Source: Minisyncoccota bacterium | GTDB lineage: Bacteria > Patescibacteriota > Minisyncoccia > Phycocordibacterales > UBA9973 | Direction: 5' to 3' | Assembly (NCBI GenBank): GCA_017992255.1 | Contig: JAGOPB010000002.1 | Location: 1 to 47,001 of the forward strand | DNA: 47,001 nucleotides | Shown here: positions 1 to 9,063 of the stretch, in pieces | Layout: every line of letters starts with the position of its first letter | How positions within the stretch are numbered: the first letter of the stretch is position 1 | Program-made: the position numbers and the translations under genes | Notes under the pieces: model-generated | Seen by the model: only the letters and a program-made list of their open reading frames with translations | Told to the model about the DNA's origin: nothing | The model's database searches: none

Positions 1-199
1 CAGCAGAAACAGCTGCATTTGGACTATTTCCTACAGCATTTACCACGTCAACAGACTCATATGGCACCTTATCACCAAAACGAATGCAAATCTGACATTT
101 TTCATTATCAATATTGCAATTAACAGATGCATCTTTTATACGGATAAAGGCATCGATAACTAGGTCACCAATAGCGAGAAATTGTACTTTATTTTTCAT
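1..199 (-). CDS. PfkB/ribokinase-family carbohydrate kinase, N-terminal 66 codons only (gene runs off the left edge)
   Basis: Own translation from the reverse ATG at 199-197: MKNKVQFLAIGDLVIDAFIRIKDASVN...VVNAVGNSPNAAVSA. The AIGDxxxD start and GxSxNxAV motif resemble the PfkB N-terminal signature. The fragment is too short and truncated to appear in the ORF track. Confidence 0.5.
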   Translation of the reverse strand, partial: MKNKVQFLAIGDLVIDAFIRIKDASVNCNIDNEKCQICIRFGDKVPYESVDVVNAVGNSPNAAVSA

Positions 200-236
200 A
201 ATTTGAGTATACCATAAAATATGATACACTTGAAGT

Positions 237-1106
237 ATGAAAACACTACGAGAATGCATACAAGATGCAGATAAAAATCGAGTTGCGATAGGTCATTTCA
301 ATATTTCAAATTTAGAAGCCCTTCATGGAATTTATAAAGCGGCAAAGAAATTAAATGTTCCGGTTATCATAGGAGTATCAGAAGGGGAAGAAAATTTTAT
401 TGACACTGATATGGCAGTTTCTTTGGTAAAAACTCTACGTGAACGGGATGGTTTTCCTATTTTTTTGAATGCAGATCATCATTATTCGTTTGAAAATGTA
501 AAAAAGTCAATCGATCAAGGATTTGACGCTGTTATTATAGACTTAGTAAAGTTGCCATACGAAGAAAATGTTGCTTTCACAAAAAAATGTGTAGAGTATG
601 CACGAAAAGTTTCTACTGAAACCGGTCGAGAGATATTGGTCGAAGCTGAGCTTGGCTTCATAGGACAATCTTCAAAGATTATCGACTCCATACCAGATGG
701 TGTGAGTGAGGAAACAATGACCAAACCAGAAGAAGCAAAATTATTTGTTGATGCAACAGGTATTGATCTATTAGCACCGTCTGTGGGGAACGTCCACGGT
801 ATCGTAACTTCTGGTAATCCTAGACTTCACCCAGAGCGAGTACGTGCTATTCGGGATGCTTGCGGTATCCCGCTTGTTCTCCATGGTGGCTCTGGTACCA
901 TGAACGAAGATTTCATAGCTTGTATTGAAGCGGGAATAGATATTGTTCACATCAATACTGAAATACGTGTTGCATATAGAGACGCTATTAAAAAATTTCT
1001 AAATGAAGATCCCGACGAAGTAGCTCCGTATAAATTTTTGGCTCCAGGTGTTGATGCCGTAGAAGCTGTGGTTGAAGCTCGTTTGCGGTTGTTCAACAAA
1101 CTATAA
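237..1106 (+). CDS. fba: Class II fructose/tagatose-bisphosphate aldolase
   Basis: 289-aa ORF with family hallmarks AIGHFN, LNADHH (metal His), EAELG and LVLHGGSG. Confidence 0.9.
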   Translation: MKTLRECIQDADKNRVAIGHFNISNLEALHGIYKAAKKLNVPVIIGVSEGEENFIDTDMAVSLVKTLRERDGFPIFLNADHHYSFENVKKSIDQGFDAVIIDLVKLPYEENVAFTKKCVEYARKVSTETGREILVEAELGFIGQSSKIIDSIPDGVSEETMTKPEEAKLFVDATGIDLLAPSVGNVHGIVTSGNPRLHPERVRAIRDACGIPLVLHGGSGTMNEDFIACIEAGIDIVHINTEIRVAYRDAIKKFLNEDPDEVAPYKFLAPGVDAVEAVVEARLRLFNKL

Positions 1107-1113
1107 TAATTCG

Positions 1114-2610
1114 ATGATTGAAAAGAAAGTAGTAACAAGGTTTGCACCAAGTCCAACAGGGTATCTGCATGTTGGAGGATTGCGAACCGCACTGTATGCA
1201 TATCTTTTTGCAAAACAAAACAACGGTGTATTTTTGTTACGAATAGAAGATACAGACCGAGAACGTTTTTTGGAGACTGGTGTTAGAAATATCCTTGATT
1301 CACTGTATTGGGCAGGCATTGTACCGGACGAAGGAGTTGTATTGGATAACGAAAATCACATCGTTCAAAAAGGTGAGCACGGCTCATATATACAATCTGA
1401 AAGGCTTGAAGTGTATAGTGACTATGCACGATTTCTTTTAGAAAAAAAAGTTGCATATCGATGTTTTTGTACGAAAGATCGTTTGAGTCAGATACGCCTA
1501 GAAATGCAAAATGCTGGTCTTGTGCCTAAATATGACAGACACTGTCTTGGGTTAACACAACAGGAAATTGAAACATTCACACAAGAAAAGTTTCCACATG
1601 TGATACGTTTAAAAATTCCAGAATATGAGGTAACAAGTTTCACTGATGAAATTCGCGGTACAATACAATATCCAAACAAAGATCTTGATGATCAAGTTCT
1701 TATCAAGTCTGATGGTTTTCCTACATACCACATGGCGGTTGTTGTTGATGACCATCTGATGAATGTTACTCATGTAATACGTGGTGAAGAATGGATATCG
1801 AGTACTCCAAAGCATATTATTCTCTATAATGCTTTTGGTTGGAAAATACCAGTATATGCCCATCTACCTTTATTACTCAACGCTGATAGAAGTAAACTTT
1901 CAAAGCGTCAAGGCGATGTAGCTGTATTGGATTACAAACAACAAGGATACATACCAAAAGCAATGGTAAACTTTGTGGCATTATTGGGTTGGAATCCAGG
2001 AACTGAGAAAGAAATATTTTCTCTTTCTGAACTTGTTGACGTTTTTTCGTTAAATAAAATAAATAAATCTGGTGCGTATTTTAATAAAGAGAAACTAAAT
2101 TGGTTCAATCGTGAATATTTAAAAAGCATGACAAGTGCAGAAATACACAAGAGTATACTTGAAGAAATTCCAGACATACAACAAATACCAGGATACAAGA
2201 ATTCAATTTTTACAAAAATCATACCAATCATTATTGAACGAATGAATACATTTTGTGATGTAAAAGAAATGTTAGAAAAAAAAGAAATCCAGTTTTTCTT
2301 TACACAACCACAATACGACATAGAAATGCTTATACCAAAGAAAAGTACAGGTGGAAATATATTTGATAATCTAAAAAATGTTGAAAGTATTCTCCAAACA
2401 CTAGATACATGGGATAGAGTATCCATCAAGAAAAGTCTCTGGGATTTTGCAACAGAACGCGGTAGGGGAGAGGTCCTTTGGCCCATGAGAGTAGCACTAT
2501 CCGGTTTGGAATTTTCACCTGATCCATTTTTGATTGCGGAAATAGTCGGAAAAGATGAAACACTAACTAGATTACACCATGCATTCAAAAAATTACAAAA
2601 CTACAAATAG
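1114..2610 (+). CDS. gltX: Glutamyl-tRNA synthetase
   Basis: ATG at 1114; the track ORF opens at TTG 1072, which overlaps fba. HIGH-type PSPTGYLHVGG and KMSKS-type KLSKR motifs are present, and the protein looks like full-length GluRS. Confidence 0.93.
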   Translation: MIEKKVVTRFAPSPTGYLHVGGLRTALYAYLFAKQNNGVFLLRIEDTDRERFLETGVRNILDSLYWAGIVPDEGVVLDNENHIVQKGEHGSYIQSERLEVYSDYARFLLEKKVAYRCFCTKDRLSQIRLEMQNAGLVPKYDRHCLGLTQQEIETFTQEKFPHVIRLKIPEYEVTSFTDEIRGTIQYPNKDLDDQVLIKSDGFPTYHMAVVVDDHLMNVTHVIRGEEWISSTPKHIILYNAFGWKIPVYAHLPLLLNADRSKLSKRQGDVAVLDYKQQGYIPKAMVNFVALLGWNPGTEKEIFSLSELVDVFSLNKINKSGAYFNKEKLNWFNREYLKSMTSAEIHKSILEEIPDIQQIPGYKNSIFTKIIPIIIERMNTFCDVKEMLEKKEIQFFFTQPQYDIEMLIPKKSTGGNIFDNLKNVESILQTLDTWDRVSIKKSLWDFATERGRGEVLWPMRVALSGLEFSPDPFLIAEIVGKDETLTRLHHAFKKLQNYK

Positions 2611-2632
2611 TTTTACTTGTATCAAGATATCG

Positions 2633-3913
2633 ATGACATTTGCAGTGGTCTTGTTGTTTTGTTTCTTTTGTTTTCAGATACAAGCTAATGCAACATCAGT
2701 ATTAGAAATTCAAAGTAAAATAGACAATAGTGCAGTACAAATAAATACATTAAATGCTGAAATTGCACAATACCAGACACAATTAAATTTGATAAGTACT
2801 CAATCGAATACTCTCGCAAACGAAGTAAAAAGTTTAGATATCACTAAAAAGAAGTTAGAAGCAGACTTAAAACTTTCTGAAACTAAAATACAAAAAGCAG
2901 AAAATGATATCGTTGAACTTGGTGGACAAATTGAAGATAAAGAGTTAACTATTGATGAAAGAAGTGTCTTAATTGCAAAAAGTATTAGAGAAATAGAAGA
3001 ATCTGGAAAAATAACTCTTTTACAGATGCTATTGTCACACAATTCTTTTGCTGATGCTTGGATTCGAATTGATAATGTTCAAAGTTTCAAAGAAGCGTTA
3101 CGATCAGATGCCAAAGAACTGCTATCTGCAAAAGTTGTGCTAGTTGATAAACAGTCAGAAATCAAAATAATAAAAGATGAATTGCTGAAACTTCGCAGTG
3201 GGCTCAATGATCAGAAAAAAATACTTGACCAGACTGTTAAAGAAAAAAACAGTCTTCTAGCATCAACAAAAAATCAAGAATCAACATATGCAAAAATGGT
3301 TGCCGAAAAGCAGACTTTAGTAAATGCTTTTGAAGCAGAAATGCGTTCATATGAAGAACAGCTGGTATATATAGCGCACCCTGATAGATTACCGTTAGCA
3401 GGTTCAGCACCGCTTTCGTGGCCTGTATCGGATCCATTTATTACACAAATGTTTGGAAAAACAGTTGACGCTGTTCGCTTGTACGCTAGTGGATCGCACA
3501 GTGGTGTTGATTTTAGAGCATCTGTTGGTACTCCCATATTTGCCATGGCCAGCGGTACTATAGGAGGTTCAGGTGATACAGATGCATTTTGCAAAGGTGC
3601 ATCGTTTGGTAAATGGGTTCTTGTACGATACGACAATGGTTTAGCATCAACATATGGCCATTTATCTCTCATAAAATCTGCAAATGGATCTAGGGTGTCT
3701 AGAGGAACCATAATTGGCTATAGCGGAGCCACAGGACATGTTACAGGACCGCATTTACACGTAAGTATGTATCCGAGTGACGCTGTTTCAGTTGAAGCAA
3801 AAGAATCTCTGGCTTGTAAAGGAAAAATTTTGACACAACCAAGAGCGGCAACATCTGCATATCTAGATCCGCTATTATATATGCCCAAAACAAATCCAAG
3901 CATGTTCAAATAA
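2633..3913 (+). CDS. Membrane-anchored or secreted coiled-coil M23 (LytM) peptidoglycan endopeptidase
   Basis: Start taken at ATG 2633 (signal/TM MTFAVVLLFCFFCFQIQANA). About 250 aa of heptad-rich coiled coil precede an M23 domain with HSGVDF (HxxxD) and GPHLH (HxH) zinc ligands. Confidence 0.85.
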   Translation: MTFAVVLLFCFFCFQIQANATSVLEIQSKIDNSAVQINTLNAEIAQYQTQLNLISTQSNTLANEVKSLDITKKKLEADLKLSETKIQKAENDIVELGGQIEDKELTIDERSVLIAKSIREIEESGKITLLQMLLSHNSFADAWIRIDNVQSFKEALRSDAKELLSAKVVLVDKQSEIKIIKDELLKLRSGLNDQKKILDQTVKEKNSLLASTKNQESTYAKMVAEKQTLVNAFEAEMRSYEEQLVYIAHPDRLPLAGSAPLSWPVSDPFITQMFGKTVDAVRLYASGSHSGVDFRASVGTPIFAMASGTIGGSGDTDAFCKGASFGKWVLVRYDNGLASTYGHLSLIKSANGSRVSRGTIIGYSGATGHVTGPHLHVSMYPSDAVSVEAKESLACKGKILTQPRAATSAYLDPLLYMPKTNPSMFK

Positions 3914-3943
3914 GTTTTCAATGTACTATATACTTGAGAAGAC

Positions 3944-3973
3944 TATGTCGCAAAAGATATATTGTGCGACATA
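3944..3973. terminator. 9-bp stem hairpin between convergent genes (no clear U tract)
   Basis: TATGTCGCA (3944-3952) and TGCGACATA (3965-3973) are perfect complements with a 12-nt loop. The hairpin lies between the M23 stop (3913) and the CAP gene stop (3990). Confidence 0.4.
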
Positions 3974-3989
3974 TAGTAAACTCATCCCC

Positions 3990-4838
3990 TTATATATCAA
4001 TACAACTATTAAACGCTCGCACTTGTTTATTGTATATCTCAATATTATTTTTTATTGTATATGATAGTTTATTATAATTCTCAACTAGTGAATTATATAA
4101 TTGAACTGCAGTTTCATAGTCACTTTTATTTGAATTTTTATTATCTATAATTTCTTTTTGAAATGTAATTTCTACTGAAAGCTCTTTAATTTTGTTTTCA
4201 TCATTTTCAATATCGGTCTGTAGGCTGTTATTTGCTTCTGTACAATCCCCTTTAGGTCTCCCAAAATGTTGAACTGCTACGTATTGCATATTTCCTTGAA
4301 ACATTCCGTATACTATCGCTACACCTAGGTCTTTCATCTCAGGTCGTAAGATGTTTTCTCGATGACCAGGACTATTCATCCACGCATCGATAAGCTCTTG
4401 TACTGACATGAAGTCACCACTTGCTAGGTTTTCAGCAATAGAAATATACTGATAGCCCGCACTATTTACAAAATATTCCACGTTGTACCCTTCTGGGTTT
4501 TCGTGCTCAAAATAGTTTTTTGTTATCATATCTTCTACTTTCTTTTGTGCAGACACAGTCAAGATACTATTTTTCTCGAGCGGTGCAAGCGTAGGGTCTA
4601 CGGATATACGTGCTTGGTTCGTTAATTCAACAATTTCTTGCGCAGTGATTATATGAGTTTGATCAGTACGGTCACCATCTTGTACTATTGATGTATTTTT
4701 TAGTAAAGCAAATATATTTTGTTGTAGTGTATTGAGACTGACATCGCTATCTTTTATATTTTGAATTAGTGAGAAACTTACAACACACACTATAACTATT
4801 AAAACCATATGTAGAATGGTATTCTTTCTTTTTGTCAT
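3990..4838 (-). CDS. Membrane-anchored CAP/SCP/PR-1 (YkwD-like) domain protein with a coiled-coil C-terminal tail
   Basis: ATG 4838 is preferred; the track start 4859 is GTG and overlaps the upstream stop. An N-terminal TM segment is followed by the CAP motifs FEHENPEG, AENLA and SPGHRENIL. Confidence 0.75.
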   Translation of the reverse strand: MTKRKNTILHMVLIVIVCVVSFSLIQNIKDSDVSLNTLQQNIFALLKNTSIVQDGDRTDQTHIITAQEIVELTNQARISVDPTLAPLEKNSILTVSAQKKVEDMITKNYFEHENPEGYNVEYFVNSAGYQYISIAENLASGDFMSVQELIDAWMNSPGHRENILRPEMKDLGVAIVYGMFQGNMQYVAVQHFGRPKGDCTEANNSLQTDIENDENKIKELSVEITFQKEIIDNKNSNKSDYETAVQLYNSLVENYNKLSYTIKNNIEIYNKQVRAFNSCIDI

Positions 4839-4848
4839 TGAATATGTA

Positions 4849-5256
4849 TTAGTAAGCACATGACTTTGATTGTTTCAATCCAGACAATGTGGCTTCCTTT
4901 AAATTAGTAAAGTAGATCTTGTTGGCCTCTGCTACTCTATTACCTGCTGAACAACCAACAGGATAATACACAGTACCATTTCTAGAAGCAAAGTAACTAC
5001 CCATATTTGTTTGTTCGGATCTTTCTGAAGCACGTTGATCAAAAAGTAGAACATCACTTGTTATGAGCACTTGATTCTGATTTGCAATAGATTGGTCTGG
5101 AGTGCTGGAATATCTATCTTTTTCAGCTATCATACCCAATCCAAAACATCCAAATCCTACTAGAAAAACAACAATGACGAGAAACAGACTGTCGGGTTCA
5201 ATATGTGGTGTTTTATACACGCTCTTGATATTATTTTTAAAAAGTTGTATACTCAT
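4849..5256 (-). CDS. Small membrane-anchored protein with a C-terminal Cys-containing short domain (Ada-like/sunset-like, tentative)
   Basis: ATG 5256 (MSIQLF...), one TM segment (LFLVIVVFLVGFGCFGLGMI). The C-terminus GTVYYPVGCSAGNRVAEANKIYFTNLKEATLSGLKQSKSC fits the Y-x-x-x-C ... F-x-x-x-x-EA ... G ... C pattern. The stop lies 10 nt before the CAP gene ATG. Confidence 0.5.
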   Translation of the reverse strand: MSIQLFKNNIKSVYKTPHIEPDSLFLVIVVFLVGFGCFGLGMIAEKDRYSSTPDQSIANQNQVLITSDVLLFDQRASERSEQTNMGSYFASRNGTVYYPVGCSAGNRVAEANKIYFTNLKEATLSGLKQSKSCAY

Positions 5257-5338
5257 ATTGTTACTATATAAGTATAATAAATTTAATAGAAATTTTCCAG
5301 GTATGTACACCTAGAATAAATAGTCACAAAGATTCACT

Positions 5339-5614
5339 ATGGCACACAAAAAAGCCGGCGGAACCGCCAAAAACTTAACTGATTCAAACCCAAAATATTT
5401 AGGTACCAAATTATACGATGGAGAAAATGCTAAAGCAGGAAATGTCATCGTAAGACAACGAGGAACAAAAATTCTCCCAGGAAAAAATGTAGGACTGGGA
5501 AAAGATCACACTTTGTTTGCTCTCGCCAATGGAAAAATAAAATTTGGCACTAAACGAAAAATATCTTTTAATGGAAAAACAGTTGTTAAAAAAATAGTAA
5601 ATGTAGAAATGTAA
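5339..5614 (+). CDS. rpmA: 50S ribosomal protein L27
   Basis: [12 protein letters not shown]...[24 protein letters not shown] is canonical L27. Confidence 0.95.
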   Translation: MAHKKAGGTAKNLTDSNPKYLGTKLYDGENAKAGNVIVRQRGTKILPGKNVGLGKDHTLFALANGKIKFGTKRKISFNGKTVVKKIVNVEM

Positions 5615-5641
5615 AAAAACCAGATTCACTCTGGTTTTTTT
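5613..5641. terminator. Bidirectional Rho-independent terminator between rpmA (+) and prfA (-)
   Basis: A7-CCAGA-TTCAC-TCTGG-T7; the A and T runs extend the stem and give a U tract in both orientations. Confidence 0.7.
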
Positions 5642-5649
5642 ATTGAAGA

Positions 5650-6621
5650 TTATTCGTCGTCAGTTGTACCAACTTCCCCACTTTCAAGAGCGTCGATAAT
5701 AGGTTGTATAGCACCTTCCATTATTCCCTCAATATTATGCCACGATTTTTTTATTCTATGATCGGTAACACGATCTTGCGGAAAGTTATACGTTCGGATT
5801 TTTTCTGATCTATCCGCAGTCCCAATTTGATTTTTGCGTTCACTTGAATGTTTTCTTGCTTCTTCCTCGTCTTGTAACAACTGAAGTCTCGATGTGAGCA
5901 TAAGTAGTGCTTTTTCTCTATTTTGTTGTTGACTTCTTTCACTTGTACATCGTACATCTAAACCAGTCGCTTTATGTATAAGCCTAACAGCAGTTTCTAC
6001 TTTATTTACGTTTTGTCCTCCCTTTCCACCAGAGCGTGAATATTCCATTTCTAAATCAGCTGGATTGATAATTATTTTGGTATTTTTTCTAATAGGCATT
6101 ACTGCAACTGATGCAGTTGACGTGTGTATGCGACCATTTTTTTCAGTATCTGGTATGCGTTGAACTCGATGAACACCTGTTTCATAACGAAGTATTTTAT
6201 ACACCCCTAGTCCTTTTATTTCAAATGATGCCTCTTTGTAGCCCCCAACATCAGTTTGAGAAGAATCTAACTGTTTGAAATTCCATCCGTGTGTCTCTCC
6301 GTATCTATCATACATATGTGCCAATTCCGCAGCGAAAAGAGATGCCTCATCACCACCGGCGCCAGCACGTACTTCCAAAATTATTTCATTTGGAAACTCT
6401 TCCTCCTCTTTTTCATTATCAAGTATTAACTGGATTTGTTGCTCAATCCCTTTTATCTGTTCGTGTAGAACTATAAGATCTGTGTCAGCCATTTCCTTCA
6501 TATCTGGATCAGATTGCGAGAGTACTTCCAATTCCGCAACTTCTTTTTGGAGCACTGCCAAAGAATCTGCAAGAAATGCAGTTTTATGATTTTCTTTTAA
6601 TTCTTCAATAGAGTAATTCAT
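5650..6621 (-). CDS. prfA: Peptide chain release factor 1 (short, 323 aa)
   Basis: GGQ motif (SGGKGGQNVNKVETAVR). The RF1-type segment RVQRIPDTEKNGRIHTSTASVAVMP carries a PxT tripeptide (PDT) and not the SPF of RF2. Confidence 0.88.
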   Translation of the reverse strand: MNYSIEELKENHKTAFLADSLAVLQKEVAELEVLSQSDPDMKEMADTDLIVLHEQIKGIEQQIQLILDNEKEEEEFPNEIILEVRAGAGGDEASLFAAELAHMYDRYGETHGWNFKQLDSSQTDVGGYKEASFEIKGLGVYKILRYETGVHRVQRIPDTEKNGRIHTSTASVAVMPIRKNTKIIINPADLEMEYSRSGGKGGQNVNKVETAVRLIHKATGLDVRCTSERSQQQNREKALLMLTSRLQLLQDEEEARKHSSERKNQIGTADRSEKIRTYNFPQDRVTDHRIKKSWHNIEGIMEGAIQPIIDALESGEVGTTDDE

Positions 6622-6630
6622 ATATTAAAA

Positions 6631-6658
6631 ATCCTTCGTTGTAAAAGTAACGAAGGAT
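6631..6658 (-). terminator. 10-bp perfect hairpin plus U5 between rpmE and prfA
   Basis: ATCCTTCGTT (6631-6640) and AACGAAGGAT (6649-6658). In minus-strand sense the stem is followed by UUUUU, and the prfA ATG comes 9 nt after the stem. Confidence 0.55.
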
Positions 6659-6665
6659 ATTTTTG

Positions 6666-6926
6666 TTATTTTTTTACTGCAGCTTGTCTTTTTTTAAATC
6701 TGTCCACACGCCCTGCGGTGTCGAGTAACGTATCGCTCTTGCCAGTATAGAAAGGATGTGAAGCACTTGATATTTCTATACGATACAGTGGGTACTCTTT
6801 CTTGTCTGCTTCAAATACACCATTTTCTGTCGTTTCTACGCATGACAACAACAAGAATTGTTCTTTCGTGCTACTGTCTTCAAATATAACCTTTCGAGAA
6901 TTTTTAGGATGGATATCTTTTTTCAT
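6666..6926 (-). CDS. rpmE: 50S ribosomal protein L31 (non-zinc, type B-like)
   Basis: MKKDIHPK...[11 protein letters not shown]...GRVDRFKKR is L31. The CxxC zinc motifs are absent. Confidence 0.9.
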   Translation of the reverse strand: MKKDIHPKNSRKVIFEDSSTKEQFLLLSCVETTENGVFEADKKEYPLYRIEISSASHPFYTGKSDTLLDTAGRVDRFKKRQAAVKK

Positions 6927-6946
6927 ACATTGTATGTTAGCACACT

Positions 6947-8329
6947 TTATAAATTTTGTAAAATATCTATATTCGCTTGTATTTCAGCAGTTTTAGCCAT
7001 TACTTGGTCTCCGTAAAAAACATTTGCTGGTGATCGTCCTGGTGTACAGACTGAACCTGAATAGTATCTACATGCTGCATTACGTTCGGCTGTATATCCC
7101 CCTACACCAGCGCCAAGGTCGTCTAGGTACATTGATGAAGCCATAATAGCATGCTGTGGCACCCAAGGAGAAGCAATAGCTATACCAAGAGAACTAGCAA
7201 CTTTATTCTTCATTAAATCCCATGTCGATGGAATAAACTGTGAAGCACCTACTGCTCCCCCCCACCCTCCTCCTGCCCATGGACACGAAACCGGAGTAGT
7301 AAACGGATCTAGTCCGAGTGCTGTAGTGAGAGCAAGAAATGGTTGTACATCACGGTCTGGTTTCATTACTTTCAAAAATGGGGTTCCTGTATTTTTTCCG
7401 ACACCAGCTCCTGTTTGAGTGTTTTTAAGATAGCATGAACCAATATTTGCTCCTAAGTTTGTTTCTTGTTTTAAAATAGCAAGTACAAAAGCTGGCCGTA
7501 CACCAGTTACTGTTGACGCTTGCTCTGCATACGTTAAAGCGTCACCGAATGGGATAGCTCCAGAATCACGAAAGGAAAATAGTGCAGCTCTAATAGCAGC
7601 AGCTTTTTTTTGTCTTTCTGCAACAATTTTTTGATATTCCGATTCTTTATTTTTTGATACCGAGAGAAGTTTTTGTTTCTCATCTTCATTGGCTTCAACC
7701 TTTTTTTTGTTTTGCTCCAAAAGGACTTTTGTATCTACTTCTTGGTTTTGTTTATTTTCCAGAGTTGCCTTTTCGTCCAACGTTTTTCCTTGCACAGTCC
7801 TGATTTCTTCTAAAGAAACTTTTATCTCATTGCGAATTGATTCATACACATCCAAATCTCCGTAAAAATCTGAGAGTCTGTCTTTTGAAGCAATCATATG
7901 AATAAGAGACAGATCATTGTACTCATTTGTTTTTTGTAAAAGTCTGCGAAGTGAATCTTTTTCTCTTCTAGCTTTTTCTTCTAAAGTTTCAATAACAACT
8001 TCTTTTGTACTAATTTCATTTGAAAGTTTAGTTATTAGAAGTGCTTTTGCTTTTATGTCTAAACGAGTTTTTTCAATCTCACTCGTTAATACATCTATAT
8101 CATTTTTTATAGATCCTGTTTGTTTTTTTTGTTGAGAAAGCAATGCTTCCTTTTCTTTTATTTCAAGTTCAAGTTGGGCCAATTCAGCTTCCAATTTAGT
8201 TCGTTCCTCTGGAGTCAAAGCTAGAACAATAGTAGGAGTAATTATAAAAAAAATAAATAAGCCTAACAATACGAAAATGGTAGCGTTCTTTGTAAATGAA
8301 TATCGTTTTTGTAATGAATATTTGGTCAT
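6947..8329 (-). CDS. Membrane-anchored coiled-coil protein with a C-terminal lytic transglycosylase (MltB/SLT_2-like) domain
   Basis: TM segment ([20 protein letters not shown]), about 220 aa of coiled coil, then [14 protein letters not shown] (catalytic Glu context) and [10 protein letters not shown], both typical of lytic murein transglycosylases. Confidence 0.75.
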   Translation of the reverse strand: MTKYSLQKRYSFTKNATIFVLLGLFIFFIITPTIVLALTPEERTKLEAELAQLELEIKEKEALLSQQKKQTGSIKNDIDVLTSEIEKTRLDIKAKALLITKLSNEISTKEVVIETLEEKARREKDSLRRLLQKTNEYNDLSLIHMIASKDRLSDFYGDLDVYESIRNEIKVSLEEIRTVQGKTLDEKATLENKQNQEVDTKVLLEQNKKKVEANEDEKQKLLSVSKNKESEYQKIVAERQKKAAAIRAALFSFRDSGAIPFGDALTYAEQASTVTGVRPAFVLAILKQETNLGANIGSCYLKNTQTGAGVGKNTGTPFLKVMKPDRDVQPFLALTTALGLDPFTTPVSCPWAGGGWGGAVGASQFIPSTWDLMKNKVASSLGIAIASPWVPQHAIMASSMYLDDLGAGVGGYTAERNAACRYYSGSVCTPGRSPANVFYGDQVMAKTAEIQANIDILQNL

Positions 8330-8360
8330 GGTGTATATATAAACAACACGCTCACTATTT

Positions 8361-8999
8361 TTATTCGTTTTCTATTTCAGATTCCTTTTTTCCTTTCTTC
8401 TCAACTTCTATGTTTGTAATATCAGAAACAGTGGACTCCTCAGGCTCTTCCTCTCTTTCTTTTTCTGTGGTTGCTATAATTTCCTCTATAGGTATTGTTG
8501 TAGTGACTCCGTTTGGTAACGACAAGTCCCCTACTGTGATTCTATCTTCTAGAGTTTTCAGAAGTGATATATCAACAGAAATTGAATGAGGTAAAATTTT
8601 TGGTAATCCTTCTATTTCAATTTCGTGCATTACTTTTACTAAAGTACCTAAGCCACTTTTTACTGCTTCAGAAATTCCTTCAAACTCGATCGGAATTTTC
8701 ACAGTCACTGGTTTTGATGTGTCGATTGAAAGAAAATCCACATGAATTGGTTCATTGGAAACCGCATCTCTTTGCACTTCATGAATAAGTGTATCGTACT
8801 CATTTCCACTGATTGTAATATGTATCGTGCCAGATTCGCCATTTTCTTTCCAAATTTTTTTGAAAACTAAAAGCGGTATAACTATTGATATTGACTCCAT
8901 TTTGTTGCCATAACAAACTGCCGGAATAAGTCCCTTATTTTTTAGATCTTTTCGAGTATCGGCGGATTCACGTATACGTGCATTGATTTTTGCTGTCAT
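8361..8999 (-). CDS. rplY: 50S ribosomal protein L25/Ctc
   Basis: N-terminal RKDLKNKGLIPAVCYG and IHEVQRDAVSNEPIHVDF are the Ctc-type L25 pattern. The C-terminal tail is acidic. Confidence 0.9.
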   Translation of the reverse strand: MTAKINARIRESADTRKDLKNKGLIPAVCYGNKMESISIVIPLLVFKKIWKENGESGTIHITISGNEYDTLIHEVQRDAVSNEPIHVDFLSIDTSKPVTVKIPIEFEGISEAVKSGLGTLVKVMHEIEIEGLPKILPHSISVDISLLKTLEDRITVGDLSLPNGVTTTIPIEEIIATTEKEREEEPEESTVSDITNIEVEKKGKKESEIENE

Positions 9000-9063
9000 A
9001 TTGCTCTATTTTACTACATCACCGTTAAAAGTCAACGACTATGTATATGTTCGAATTTTATAC

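Noticed and set aside
1932-2588. 218-aa minus-strand ORF inside gltX
   Set aside because: It is antisense to a full-length, motif-bearing GluRS and has no family signature.
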